Shown in pieces: positions 41,204 through 53,129 of a stretch of DNA of 64,000 nt. The notes under the pieces are model-generated. The model saw only the letters and a program-made list of their open reading frames with translations. It was not told where the DNA came from and did not search any database. Positions within the stretch are counted from its first letter, which is position 1. Every line of letters begins with the position of its first letter. The position numbers and the translations under genes are program-made. Origin of the DNA: an uncultured Acidobacteriota bacterium (lineage in GTDB: Bacteria; Acidobacteriota; Vicinamibacteria; Vicinamibacterales; 2-12-FULL-66-21); assembly GCA_963776315.1 (NCBI GenBank), contig CAVZMJ010000004.1, positions 88,298-152,297 of the forward strand. Reading direction: 5' to 3'.

Positions 41204-41620
41204 CTACTTCTTCTCCGGCGTCTTCTCCGGCGTCGGGGCGGCCGGGGCCTGTCCGCCGAGCGTTGGCGCTGATGGCGCCTGTCCGGTTGGCGTCGAAGCC
41301 GCGGGCGCCGGAGTCGGGGCCGGCGTAACGGGTGCCGGCGCTGTCACCGCAGGCGGGCCGGCGACGCCGCTCATGATCGACCCTGGGCCCTGTCGGCCGA
41401 TGATGCCGAGGACGATCGCGCCCAACATGAACAGGACGCCGAGCACACTCGTCGCGCGCGTCAGGACCGTGGCGCCGGCGCGGGCGCCGAACGCGGTCTG
41501 GCTGCCGCCGCCGCCGAAGGCGCTCGCCATGTCGCCGCCCTTGCCCTGCTGCAGGAGCACCACGAGCAGCAGCATCAGGCAGCTCAGGACATACAGGGTC
41601 GCCAGCAAGTAATAGAGCAT
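41204..41620 (-). CDS. secG: Preprotein translocase subunit SecG with a Pro/Ala-rich C-terminal extension
   Basis: 'LLLVVLLQQGKGGDMASAFGGGGSQTAFGARAG' is the canonical SecG core. Confidence 0.9.
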   Translation of the reverse strand: MLYYLLATLYVLSCLMLLLVVLLQQGKGGDMASAFGGGGSQTAFGARAGATVLTRATSVLGVLFMLGAIVLGIIGRQGPGSIMSGVAGPPAVTAPAPVTPAPTPAPAASTPTGQAPSAPTLGGQAPAAPTPEKTPEKK

Positions 41621-41700
41621 AACGAGTGATTATACCGCGCTCGTGCGGGTCTTGACTAGTGCGCCGGTCTTTTACTAGCACGCCCGGCTACGCCGGTCTC

Positions 41701-42483
<783 letters not shown>

Positions 42484-42494
42484 TGTGCTTGTCG

Positions 42495-42585
42495 TTTCTG
42501 GCAGCTCGCTGCTCGCGGCTGGCTGTTGCCCGGTGGTTGTATTTGGCAACCGCAAGCCGCTAGCCGCGAGCCGCCAACCGCGTCC
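42495..42585. repeat. Intergenic copy of the GCAACAGCCAGC/GCGAGC word-repeat family between pgk and tpiA
   Basis: 'gcagctcgctgctcgcggctggctgttgcc' and 'ggcaaccgcaagccgctagccgcgagccgcc'. These are the same words as at 34870-35200. Confidence 0.7.
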
Positions 42586-43767
42586 CTATTTCAGCGCTTC
42601 CACCCCCGGCAGCTTCCGCCCACCCAGGAACTCCAGCGACGCGCCGCCGCCGGTCGAGATGTGGGTGATGCGATCGGTCACGCCGGCCTTGGCGACGGCC
42701 GCGATCGAGTCGCCGCCGCCGATGACGGTCGTGCCCTTGACCGAGGCCACAGCCCTGGCGACCTCGAGCGTGCCGTTCGCGAACGCGTCGATCTCGAAGA
42801 CGCCCATCGGCCCGTTCCAGATCACCGTCTTCGCGCCGGCGATGACCGTCCGGTAACTCTGCACCGTCCGCGGCCCGATGTCGAGCCCCATGCGCTCGCC
42901 GATGGCCGGGTCGCCGACCTCGAGCGTTTCCGCCGGGGCGCCGGCCTCGAGCTTCGGGGCGACGACGTGGTCGGTGGGGAGCTCGAGGCGAAGCCCGCGC
43001 TCCTTCGCTCGCCGCTCGACGTCGCGAGCCGTGTCGAGGAGATCGGCCTCGACGAGCGACTTGCCGACCGGCACGCCGCGCGCCTTGAAGAACGTGTAGG
43101 CCATCGCGCCGCCAATCAGGAGCGCGTCCACCCGCGGAATCAGGTTCTCGATCACCTCGAGCTTGTCCGACACCTTGGCGCCGCCGAGGATTGCGACAAA
43201 CGGCCGCTCGGGATGTTCGAGCACGCGCCCGAGGTATTCGACTTCCTTCGCCATCAACAGGCCGGCCGCGGCCTCGGTCACGTGATGGACGATGCCCTCG
43301 GTCGACGCATGCGCGCGATGCGCGGACCCGAACGCGTCGTTGACGTAGACGTCGGCGAGCGCCGCAAGCTGCTTCGCAAAGGCCGGGTCGTTCTTCTCTT
43401 CCTCGGCGTGGAAGCGCAGGTTCTCGAGCAGGATGACTCCGCCCTGGCCGGCCTTGGCAATCGCACGCTCCGCCGGCTCGCCGATGCAGTCGTCGGCGAA
43501 CTCGACGGGCCGGCCAAGGAGCTCCGACAGGCGCGCCGCCACCGGCCGGAGCGAGTACTCGGGATTCGGTTTCCCCTTCGGCCGGCCGAGATGCGACGCC
43601 AGGATCACGGTTGCGCCGTGATCGAGGGCGTAGCGGATCGTCGGCAGGGACGCGCGGATGCGCGTGTCCTCCGAGATCCGCCCGTCCTTGATCGGAACGT
43701 TGAAGTCGACCCGGATGAACGCCTTCCTGCCCGAGAGGTTCAGTGCCGTCACGCTGCGAGCGGCCAA
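42586..43767 (-). CDS. pgk: Phosphoglycerate kinase
   Basis: 393 aa with 'RVDFNVP', 'ASHLGRPKG' and '[12 protein letters not shown]'. Confidence 0.95.
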   Translation of the reverse strand: MAARSVTALNLSGRKAFIRVDFNVPIKDGRISEDTRIRASLPTIRYALDHGATVILASHLGRPKGKPNPEYSLRPVAARLSELLGRPVEFADDCIGEPAERAIAKAGQGGVILLENLRFHAEEEKNDPAFAKQLAALADVYVNDAFGSAHRAHASTEGIVHHVTEAAAGLLMAKEVEYLGRVLEHPERPFVAILGGAKVSDKLEVIENLIPRVDALLIGGAMAYTFFKARGVPVGKSLVEADLLDTARDVERRAKERGLRLELPTDHVVAPKLEAGAPAETLEVGDPAIGERMGLDIGPRTVQSYRTVIAGAKTVIWNGPMGVFEIDAFANGTLEVARAVASVKGTTVIGGGDSIAAVAKAGVTDRITHISTGGGASLEFLGGRKLPGVEALK

Positions 43768-43768
43768 A

Positions 43769-44791
<1,023 letters not shown>

Positions 44792-45015
44792 TTAACGAGC
44801 GACAATTGATCCCGCGGGTCGTTCGCGGGGACGACGCCCGCTCCGCTCGCCAGACTCACTCGCTGCCGCTCGTTCGCGCTCCGACACGCTCTCTCGCGTG
44901 CGCAGGCGCGATTCATGCCGAACCTTCTAAGCCGGCAACGCAAGTGTAAACCGTTGATTCTAGTGAACCGAAGCACTCGGTCAAACGCCGTGTTACATTT
45001 ACGTCGGTTTCGAGC

Positions 45016-46401
45016 ATGTACGCGGTCTACAGCGTCCTCATCGTGGCGTTTTTCCTCGTCGTGTCTCCTTATCTGCTCTACCAGGCGATTCGATACCGGA
45101 AATACATCGTCAGCCTGCCTCAGCGGATGGGGTACCTCCCGGTGTCCTTCAACCTCGACGGCGACGAGTCCATCTGGATCCACGCCGTCTCGGTCGGGGA
45201 AGTCCTGACGGTCCGGGCTCTGCTGCCCCAGCTGCACGAACGGTATCCACGCCTGCGCCTGTTCGTCTCGACCACGACGATGGCCGGGCAGCAGGTGGCG
45301 AAGAGCAACCTGCCCTACGTCGACGAGGTGTTCTACTTTCCCTTCGACCTGGGCTTCATCGTCAACCGGACGCTGCGGCTGGTGCGGCCGCGGCTGTTCG
45401 TGATGATGGAAACCGAGATCTGGCCCAACATGCTGCGGGCGTGCCACCGCGAAGGCGTGAAGACGGCGCTCGTCAACGGGCGCATCTCGGCGCGCTCGTA
45501 TCCCCGCTACCGCTTCGCCCGGTTCTTCTTCCGCCGCGTGCTGGCCCACGTCGGTCGCTTCTGCATGCAGAGCGAGGAGTCCGCGCGCCGCATCATCGAG
45601 ATGGGCGCCGCGCGCGAGCGTGTCATCGTGACGGGCTCGCTCAAGTTCGACTCGCTCGACTTTCCGGCCCCAGAGACGCCGCGCAGCTCGTTTTCACCCT
45701 CCTTTGCCCCGGCTCCGGCCGTGCACGACGTGCACCAGCACGGGCGGACGCGCGTGCTGCGGTACTTCCGCATCAGCCCGGCGCGTCCGGTCGTCATCGC
45801 CGCCAGCACCCTCAAGGGCGAAGAGGAGCACGTGCTCGAAGCCTTCCAGCGGATTCGCGCGACGATGACGAACGCGCTGCTCATCATCGCGCCGCGCAAG
45901 CCCGAGCGATTCGACGACGTCGAGCGCCTGGTCCGGCGGTCGGGATGGAACGTGGCGCGCCGCAAGGAGCTTCGCGTCGACGCCGAACCACGCAACGACG
46001 TCGTCATCCTCGACACCATCGGCGAGCTGGCGCAGCTCTTTCAGGTCGCGACCGTGGTGTTCGTCGGCGGCAGCCTGGTCGACGCCGGCGGCCACAATAT
46101 CCTGGAACCGGCGGTCTTCGGGAAGCCAATCGTCTTTGGTCCGCACATGGACAACTTCGCCGAGATCGCGCGCACGTTTCTCGACAACGGGGCCGCCGTC
46201 CAGGTTCGCTCGGGACGCGAGCTCGAGAGCACGCTCCTCGAGCTGCTCGGCGATCCCGTGCGCCGCGCCAGCCTGGGTGCCGCCGCCCGCGCCCTGGTCG
46301 AAGCCAACCGCGGCGCGCGCGGGAAGAGCCTCGCGGCGCTCGCCGAGCTCCTGCCGCCGGACACGGCCGGGAACGTCAGGCCTTTCCGGATTGTGCATTG
46401 A
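45016..46401 (+). CDS. waaA: 3-deoxy-D-manno-octulosonic acid (Kdo) transferase
   Basis: 461 aa with 'IWIHAVSVGEV' and 'FVGGSLVDAGGHNILEPA', which are WaaA/KdtA signatures. Confidence 0.85.
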   Translation: MYAVYSVLIVAFFLVVSPYLLYQAIRYRKYIVSLPQRMGYLPVSFNLDGDESIWIHAVSVGEVLTVRALLPQLHERYPRLRLFVSTTTMAGQQVAKSNLPYVDEVFYFPFDLGFIVNRTLRLVRPRLFVMMETEIWPNMLRACHREGVKTALVNGRISARSYPRYRFARFFFRRVLAHVGRFCMQSEESARRIIEMGAARERVIVTGSLKFDSLDFPAPETPRSSFSPSFAPAPAVHDVHQHGRTRVLRYFRISPARPVVIAASTLKGEEEHVLEAFQRIRATMTNALLIIAPRKPERFDDVERLVRRSGWNVARRKELRVDAEPRNDVVILDTIGELAQLFQVATVVFVGGSLVDAGGHNILEPAVFGKPIVFGPHMDNFAEIARTFLDNGAAVQVRSGRELESTLLELLGDPVRRASLGAAARALVEANRGARGKSLAALAELLPPDTAGNVRPFRIVH

Positions 46402-46418
46402 GAGCTCGTGTCCGGATC

Positions 46419-46486
46419 CTTCCGCCGAACAGGCGGAAGCCACGAGAAGCCGAAGCGAGTTCTAGCTTCCGTCTTGCAGACGGAAG
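46419..46486 (+). terminator. Two 8-bp-stem hairpins after waaA (CTTCCGCC..GGCGGAAG and CTTCCGTC..GACGGAAG)
   Basis: Perfect stems at 46419-46439 and 46466-46486, 18 nt after the waaA stop. No U-tract follows. GGAAG word repeats continue to about 46580. Confidence 0.3.
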
Positions 46487-46584
46487 ATCACGCTCGCACG
46501 GGTGAAAGATCATGCTCGAGCGATCATCAGGACCAGGCAAGACTGCCGGAAGCCGGAAGCCGGAGGCTGGAGGCCGGAAGCTGA

Positions 46585-47602
46585 GTGCTGAGCACGCTCT
46601 ACGCGGCGATTGCGCGGCGGCGTCGCGAGTTCTACGCGGCGCGACCGGATCTGCGGCGCCGGCTGCGTCGTCCGGTGATCAGCGTCGGCAACCTCGCGGT
46701 TGGCGGGCGGGGCAAGACGCCGACGGTCGCGTGTCTGGCGCGCGAGCTCGTGGCCATGGGCGAGCGGCCGGCGATTCTGAGCCGCGGCTACGCGCGCCGG
46801 CGGGCGGAGGACGGCGTGGTCGTCGTGCGCGACGCCGACGGCATGCGCGCGGATCTCGATCGGTCGGGCGACGAACCGCTGATGCTGGCGCGGCAACTGC
46901 CCGGCGTCGCGGTCCTGGCGTCGAGCGATCGCTACCTGGCGGGCCGCCTGGCCGAGCACCACCTTGGTGCGACGGTCCACGTCCTCGACGATGGGTTCCA
47001 GCACCTCGCAGCTCGATCGGGACATCGACCTGGTGATTGTCGCGGGAGAGGATCTGGAGGCCGGCGCGAGGACGCTTCCTGGCGGCCGCCTGCGCGAGCC
47101 GCCCGACACGCTGCTCGCGGCCGACGCCATCCTCGCCGCCGACGACCAGGTGTTGGAGCTCGGCCCGAGGCCGCGGCACGCGCCGTTCGAGGTGTTCCGC
47201 GTGCGTCGCACCATGGGTGCCGTCCAGCCAGCTGCAGCCGCAGATCGCGGGACGGAGTTGGTCCCGTCGGTCGCCATCGCGGGTATCGCGCGACCAGAGG
47301 AATTTTTCGAAGGGCTGCGCGCGGCCGGACAGAACCTTGTGCTGACTCGAGGGTTTCGGGACCACCACCGCTACTCGCGCGCCGACCTCGAGCGGGTGGT
47401 CCGCGCCGCCCGCGCCGCCGGCGCAGTCCGGGTGCTGACGACCGAGAAGGACTACGTGCGCCTGCTGCCGTTCCGGCCGTTTCCCATGCCGCTTGCGTGG
47501 GTGCCGCTTACAATGGAACCAGATCCCCTGCCAGAGTTCCGACGGTGGCTGGCCGGCGCGCTCGCCGGCGCCCGCGACCTCTGGCCAAACCCTGTTGACT
47601 GA
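46585..47602 (+). CDS. lpxK: Tetraacyldisaccharide 4'-kinase; one frame change near 47010
   Basis: 'VISVGNLAVGGRGKTP' is the P-loop, followed by 'ILSRGY' and 'VLDDGFQH'. The remainder ('DIDLVIV...TTEKDYVRL') is in ORF 46964-47602. Confidence 0.85.
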
Positions 47603-48545
47603 AAGACCACCGTCCCTCCGGCATCGCGTCGAGTACTTCGCGGTCATCACCGTCGTGGCTGGTGTGCGCCTCCTGCCCATGCCGGTGGTCCTCGCGCTCG
47701 GGTCGCTCATCGGGCGGGCGTTCTACTGGTTCGACCGGCCGCACCGCCGCCTGGCGATGCGCAACCTCCAGGCGGCGTTTCCGTTGCGGAGCCGTGCCGA
47801 GTGCCTGGCGATCGCGCGGGGGATGTTCTCGCACTTCGGACGGCTGCTCACCGTCTTCCTCAAGTTCAGCACGATGACGCCCGACGAGATGCTGGCGCGC
47901 GTGACCTTCGAAGGCGAGGAGCGGGTCCGCGCCGCGCACGCCCACGGCAAGGGCGCGCTCCTCTTCACCGGACACTTCGGTTTCTGGGAGATCAACGCGC
48001 TCGTGCACGCGGTCGCGCTCTGGCCGATGTCCGTGCTGGCGCGGCCGCTCGACAATCCGCTGCTTCATCATCTGCTCGAGTCGACGCGGATGAAGACGGG
48101 GAACTCGGTGATCTACCGGCGCGGCGCGATCCGGCGCGTGCTGCGCGCGCTCGAGTCGAACGAGGCCGTCGCGGTGCTCATCGACCAGCACATTCAGACC
48201 GCCGACGCGGTCTACGTGGATTTCTTCAACCGGCCCGCGGCCACGACTTCCGCGCTGGCCGCGCTCGCGCTGCGCACGGGCACGCCCGTCGTGCCGGTCT
48301 TCGCGCTGCCGCTCCCCGGCGGCCGCTTCCGCATGGTCTACGAGCACGCCGTCGATCCACCGTCGGCCGAGGATCCGGACGCGATTCGCGAGTTCACGCA
48401 GCGCTGCACCGACGTCCTCGAGATGTACGTCCGGCGCTACCCGGAGCTGTGGCTGTGGATGCACCGCCGCTGGCGCGACGAGGCGAAGGACGACGCGATT
48501 GGCGGGATGTTCCCGGCGGCGTCGAGCGAGGAAGGCACGCCGTGA
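47595..48545 (+). CDS. Lipid A biosynthesis (Kdo)2-lipid IVA acyltransferase-family protein (LpxL/HtrB-like)
   Basis: 'LLFTGHFGFWE' is the H-x4-E-like acyltransferase motif, followed by 'VLIDQH' and 'YPELWLWMHRRW'. The proposed TTG start at 47595 overlaps the lpxK stop and is uncertain. Confidence 0.75.
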   Translation: MTERPPSLRHRVEYFAVITVVAGVRLLPMPVVLALGSLIGRAFYWFDRPHRRLAMRNLQAAFPLRSRAECLAIARGMFSHFGRLLTVFLKFSTMTPDEMLARVTFEGEERVRAAHAHGKGALLFTGHFGFWEINALVHAVALWPMSVLARPLDNPLLHHLLESTRMKTGNSVIYRRGAIRRVLRALESNEAVAVLIDQHIQTADAVYVDFFNRPAATTSALAALALRTGTPVVPVFALPLPGGRFRMVYEHAVDPPSAEDPDAIREFTQRCTDVLEMYVRRYPELWLWMHRRWRDEAKDDAIGGMFPAASSEEGTP

Positions 48546-49624
48546 ATCGCCTCGTCATCCGCGCGCCGAACTGGCTGGGGGACGCGGTGATGGCGCTGCC
48601 GGCGATGGGCGCGCTGCGCACCGCGTTTCCCACCGCACACGTGGCCGTCGCCGCGATACCGGCGGTCGCACCGCTCTTCGATGAACAGACGAGTGCCCGG
48701 CAGGACAGCGTGATCGTGCTGGCCGATTCACACGCCGAGGTCGCGGCGCTCGGGGCGGGCGGGTTCGACGCGATTGTGCTCCTGCCGAATTCGTTTCGCT
48801 CGGCATGGTCGGCCCGGCGCGCGAAGATTCCCGAGCGATGGGGGTACTCAGCCGGCTTTCGGCGATGGCTGCTGACGCGCGCGATTGGCCGGCGGCGCGA
48901 ACGCATTCACCAATCCACGTACTATCTCAATCTGGTCTCGGAACTGGGCGCCCCGCAGGGCGATCCGTGGCCGAGCGTCTCTGTCCGGCCCACGACGCTC
49001 GCCCGGGCCGACACGCTGCTGGCCGCTCACGGCGTCGCCAGGGATGCCGCCTGCGTCGGGTTCGCGCCCGGCGCCGCCTACGGCCACGCGAAGCGCTGGC
49101 CGCCGCGCATGGTGGCCGAGACGATTGTCCGACTGTCGCGCGACTCGCGCGTGCAATGCCTCCTGTTCGGTGCGGGCGGAGACCGTGATTCGGGGCGTGA
49201 GATAGAATCGTCGCTGCCGGCGGACATTCGCGCGGTGAACCTCATCGGGCGCACCGATCTCGGCCAGCTCGCCGGCGCAATCAGCAGGTGCTCGGCGTTC
49301 GTGTCGAACGACTCCGGAGCGATGCACCTGGCGGCCGCGCTCGGGGTTCCGGTCGTCGCGATCTTCGGTCCGACCGACGAACGCGTGACGTCTCCCGTCG
49401 GCGGTCAGGCCGGGGGGGAGCTCGTGACGCCCGACGTGCTGACCCACCCTGTGTTCTGCCGGCCCTGCATGCTGCGCGACTGCCCGATCGATCACCGTTG
49501 CATGAAGGGAATCACCGTCGACTCTGTTGTCGCCGCGGTGAGCCGGCGGCTCGAGGCACGTCGGCCGCAGTCGGCAAGGAACTGCGAAGCAGTGACGATC
49601 AATCAAGGAACTGCGAAGCAGTGA
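48542..49624 (+). CDS. waaF: ADP-heptose:LPS heptosyltransferase II (GT9)
   Basis: The GTG at 48542 overlaps the upstream stop (GTGA). 'RAPNWLGDAVMALPA', 'SNDSGAMHLAAALGVP' and 'IFGPTD' are present. The last ~15 codons are encoded by the tandem repeat. Confidence 0.8.
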   Translation: MNRLVIRAPNWLGDAVMALPAMGALRTAFPTAHVAVAAIPAVAPLFDEQTSARQDSVIVLADSHAEVAALGAGGFDAIVLLPNSFRSAWSARRAKIPERWGYSAGFRRWLLTRAIGRRRERIHQSTYYLNLVSELGAPQGDPWPSVSVRPTTLARADTLLAAHGVARDAACVGFAPGAAYGHAKRWPPRMVAETIVRLSRDSRVQCLLFGAGGDRDSGREIESSLPADIRAVNLIGRTDLGQLAGAISRCSAFVSNDSGAMHLAAALGVPVVAIFGPTDERVTSPVGGQAGGELVTPDVLTHPVFCRPCMLRDCPIDHRCMKGITVDSVVAAVSRRLEARRPQSARNCEAVTINQGTAKQ

Positions 49625-49691
49625 CGAGGCAATCAAGGAACGGCGAAGCAGTGACGATCAATCAAGGAACGGCGAAGCAGTGAGGGGCAAT
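49575..49691 (+). repeat. Four tandem 29-30-bp units CAAGGAAC(T/G)GCGAAGCAGTGA(C/G)G(A/G)(T/G)(G)CAAT
   Basis: Units at 49575-49603, 49604-49633, 49634-49662 and 49663-49691. There are no spacers. Unit 2 supplies the waaF stop codon. Confidence 0.9.
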
Positions 49692-49714
49692 CAGGGCGCA
49701 GATCGGGTGGCGAG

Positions 49715-50269
49715 ATGAAGCGGGCCGTGTTTCTGGATCGTGACGGCACCCTCATCGAGGAGATGGGCTATCTCGATCGTCTCGACCGGGTTCGCTTCTT
49801 TCCGTACAGCATCGATGCGGTCAGGCTGCTCAACCGCGCAGGATTCGTGGTGATCGTGGCGACGAACCAGGCCGGTATCGCCCGTGGTTTCTTCGACGAA
49901 GCGTTCGTCGACGCCACGCATCGCTCGCTCACCGGCACGCTCACGGCCGGCGGCGCGCGTGTCGATGGGTTCTATTTCTGTCCCCATCATCCCGAGGGCG
50001 TCGTCGAGTCCTACCGGCAGGCCTGCGAGTGCCGAAAGCCGCAGCCGGGGCTGCTGCGGCGCGCGGCGGCGGATCATCAGATAGACCTTCGACACTCGTT
50101 CGTCGTCGGCGACCGCGTGCACGACATCACGGCCGGGACAACCGTCGGCGCGCGCGGCGTGCTCGTCCGCACCGGCCACGGAGATCAGGCCGAACGCTCC
50201 GGCCACGGCGCCGCGGCCGTCACCGACAATCTCATCGGCGCCGTTTCCTGGATTCTCAGACAACCGTGA
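49715..50269 (+). CDS. gmhB: D-glycero-beta-D-manno-heptose-1,7-bisphosphate 7-phosphatase (HAD-IIIA)
   Basis: 'AVFLDRDGTL', 'VATNQAGIARG', 'CPHHP...CECRKPQPG' and 'VGD' are present. Confidence 0.85.
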   Translation: MKRAVFLDRDGTLIEEMGYLDRLDRVRFFPYSIDAVRLLNRAGFVVIVATNQAGIARGFFDEAFVDATHRSLTGTLTAGGARVDGFYFCPHHPEGVVESYRQACECRKPQPGLLRRAAADHQIDLRHSFVVGDRVHDITAGTTVGARGVLVRTGHGDQAERSGHGAAAVTDNLIGAVSWILRQP

Positions 50270-51322
50270 CCCGACACCTGCCTCACAACCGACGCGCCAC
50301 TGCTGAGTCTGTCGTCGACCCAGGACGACTGCTGGAACTTGTCGACCAGTTCGCGCGCGCGTCGCGTCGCCGTCTTCGGGGATCTCATCGTCGACGAGTT
50401 CATCTACGGCGAGCTGTCGCGCGTCTCGCGCGAGGCACCGGTCCTCATCCTCGACTACGACTCGACAGACATCGTTCCCGGTGGCGCCGGCAACGCCGCG
50501 ACGAACGTGGCCGCGCTCGGCGGTGCGCCGGTCGCGGTTGGCGTCGCCGGCCGCGACGAGGCAGGCCGGCGGCTGCTCGACGCCATGCGTCGCAGCGTGG
50601 ACGTCAGAGCAGTGGTCCGCCCAGCCGGTTACCGGACGCCGACCAAGACGCGCATCCTCGCCGGCGGCGTGCACTCCGCCAAACAGCAGGTCGTGCGCAT
50701 CGATCGCGCCACGCGACCGTCGTTTTCCGAGGCCGATCGTCGGACCATCGAGTCACGGCTGATGCAGGTCTGCGCCCGCGCCGATGCGCTCCTCGTCTCC
50801 GACTACGGCACGGGACTCGTGACGCCCGCCGCCGTCGCGCGTGCGCGCCGCAGGCTCACCCGACGGTCCGGGGCGCGTCCGACGCTGCTCGTCGACTCGC
50901 GCTACGCGCTCGTCCGCTTCCGTGGCATGACCGCCTGCACGCCGAATGAATCCGAAGTCGAGCATTTGCTGGGCATCCGCATCGGCGAGAACCTCAGGAT
51001 CCTCGAGAAGGCGGGACGCGAGCTGCTGACGCGCACGCGCGGCCACGCCGTCCTCGTCACGCGCGGCAGCCGCGGGATGGCGCTCTTCGAGCGCAATCGG
51101 CCGACGATCCACATCCCCATCTTCGGTTCGGACCAGATCGCGGACGTCACCGGCGCCGGGGACACCGTGATCGCCACCATGACGCTCGCGCTCGCCGCAG
51201 GCGCGACCTTCCACGAGGCGGCGCGCCTCGCCAACTACGCCGGCGGCCTGGTCGTCATGAAGCGCGGGACCGCGACCGTCTCTGCCGACGAATTGCGGCA
51301 GGCGATACTGTCGGACACGTAG
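50266..51322 (+). CDS. hldA: D-glycero-beta-D-manno-heptose-7-phosphate kinase (RfaE domain I, PfkB family); one frame change near 50362
   Basis: The GTG at 50266 overlaps the gmhB stop (GTGA). 'LLELVDQFARA' shifts into 'VAVFGDLIVDEFIYG'. 'GGAGNAA' and 'DVTGAGDTV' are also present. Confidence 0.8.
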
Positions 51323-51468
51323 TTTGAATCCTCCAGATCCGGCCGACGGCCAATCACGATGATCACGAAGACCACGATGACCGCGAAGCATTCTGAATGG
51401 ACCTCCTTCGCGATCCTCGTGAGCTTCGCGACTTTCGTGAGTGATTCCGTGACAGCGAGCCCGGCCCG

Positions 51469-51937
51469 ATGATCGTCACGCGTGAACAACTGGTGGACGT
51501 CGTCAAGGCCGACCGGCAGGCCGGGCGTCACCATCGCCTTTGCCAACGGCTGCTTCGACCTCCTGCACGTCGGCCACATCAGGTACCTACAGGCGGCCGC
51601 CGCCGAGGCCGATCGGCTGATCGTCGCGGTCAACGACGATGGAATCGCGGCGGGGAAGGGCCCTGGCCGGCCGATCATGGCGGCGGCGGACCGCGCGGCG
51701 CTGGTGGCGGCGCTGCGCGGCGTCGACTACGTCGTGATCTTTCCCGAGCCGACCGTGACGCCGCTCCTGACCCTGGTAAGGCCTGACGTCCACTGCAAGG
51801 GGACCGACTACACCATCGATACAGTGCCTGAACGAGAGACCGTCCGCGCCTACGGCGGACGGATCGCCATCGTCGGCGACCCCAAGGACCATTCGACGCG
51901 CGACCTGCTGGCCCGGATCCTCGGCGACCGTCAGTGA
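51469..51937 (+). CDS. hldC: D-glycero-beta-D-manno-heptose-1-phosphate adenylyltransferase (RfaE domain II); one frame change near 51525
   Basis: '[20 protein letters not shown]' shifts into '[21 protein letters not shown]' (the cytidylyltransferase HxGH motif). 'AVNDD' and 'DYVVIF' are also present. Confidence 0.8.
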
Positions 51938-52097
51938 TTGGAAGCTATCTCATCAACGGAGTGCCTCGAAGGCCGCGACCAGCCTCCGCTAAAGCTACGG
52001 CGGACTCGCCGAAGCCTTCGGCGAAGGCGGTCGTGCCCTCGTGTTCGTCGTGCCGAGACCGTCGGACTGACCCCACGCCTGAGCGCGGGCCCAAACG

Positions 52098-53129
52098 ATG
52101 AACATCCTGATCGTTCGTCTTGGCGCGCTTGGAGACATCGTCCATGCCATCCCTGCGGCGGCTGCGCTGCGTGCGTCGATGCCCGGCGCCCGCATCGACT
52201 GGCTGGTCGAGGCCAGGCATCGGCCGATCGTCGATCTCGTCACCGCGGTCGACCACGTGGTGCCTCTCGAGGGGCCGACGATCCGAGCCTGGGTCGATGT
52301 CATCCGTCGCCTGCGACAGGTGCGGTATGACCTGGCGTTCGACTTCCAGGGATTGATGAAATCGGCTGTTCTCGCCCGTGCGTCGGGCGCTGCCCGAGTC
52401 GCGGGGTTTTCGATCTGGCATCTCCGCGAGAAAGGCGCCCGGCCCTTCTACTCGGACACGAATGACGGCGACGATGATGACGCGCACGTGATCCAGAAGA
52501 ATCTTCATCTCCTCCGCGTGGCGGGCATCGAGACGTCGCGCGTCGAGTTTCCGATCGCGGATGCAGGCTCACCCGCGCTCGACGAAGTCCGCGGCGCGAT
52601 CGGCCCTGGCGCGTTCGCAATCATCAATCCCGGCGCGGCCTGGCCGAACAAGCGATGGCCGCCGACGCGCTTCGGAGAAGTGGCGGCGTTTCTTCGCGAG
52701 GTGCGCGGGCTGCCGTCGATTGTGTTGTGGGGGCCTGGCGAGCAGACGCTCGCGCAGGCGGTCGTCGACGCATCGAATGGCGCCGCCCGATCCGCTCCGC
52801 CGACCGAGGTGGCGGATCTCGTGGCGCTCTCCCGGCAGGCTGCGCTCGTCGTGTCGGGTGATACCGGTCCGCTGCATATCGCCGCCGCCGTCGGCACACC
52901 GGCGGTCGCGCTCTTCGGGCCGACCGATGGCAGGAGGAACGGGCCGTGGGCGGCTGATGACGTGACCGTCTCGAGGTACGAGACGTGCGGCTGCCACTAC
53001 GAGCGCCGCTGCCACCAGGCCGCATGGTGTCTCGACAGCATCGGCGTGGCCGAGGTGACGGCTGCGATTCAGCAGCGGCTCGGACGCAGCATCCCGATCG
53101 AACCGGGGCGGGCGGAACGCGATGTCTGA
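52098..53129 (+). CDS. waaC: LPS heptosyltransferase I (GT9)
   Basis: 'ILIVRLGALGDIVHAIPA', 'IDWLVE', 'YDLAFDFQGLMKSA' and 'SGDTGPLHIAAAVGTP' are present. Confidence 0.75.
   Translation: MNILIVRLGALGDIVHAIPAAAALRASMPGARIDWLVEARHRPIVDLVTAVDHVVPLEGPTIRAWVDVIRRLRQVRYDLAFDFQGLMKSAVLARASGAARVAGFSIWHLREKGARPFYSDTNDGDDDDAHVIQKNLHLLRVAGIETSRVEFPIADAGSPALDEVRGAIGPGAFAIINPGAAWPNKRWPPTRFGEVAAFLREVRGLPSIVLWGPGEQTLAQAVVDASNGAARSAPPTEVADLVALSRQAALVVSGDTGPLHIAAAVGTPAVALFGPTDGRRNGPWAADDVTVSRYETCGCHYERRCHQAAWCLDSIGVAEVTAAIQQRLGRSIPIEPGRAERDV

Noticed and set aside
47801-49624. 607-aa track ORF as a single large protein
   Set aside because: Its first ~245 codons are an out-of-frame read-through of the acyltransferase gene with Arg/Ala/Pro-rich nonsense composition. 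Recognisable WaaF sequence begins only at the GTG at 48542.
49575-49691. Possible mini-CRISPR, since the repeat length (29-30 bp) is CRISPR-like
   Set aside because: The four units are directly adjacent with no spacers at all, so this is a plain tandem repeat.
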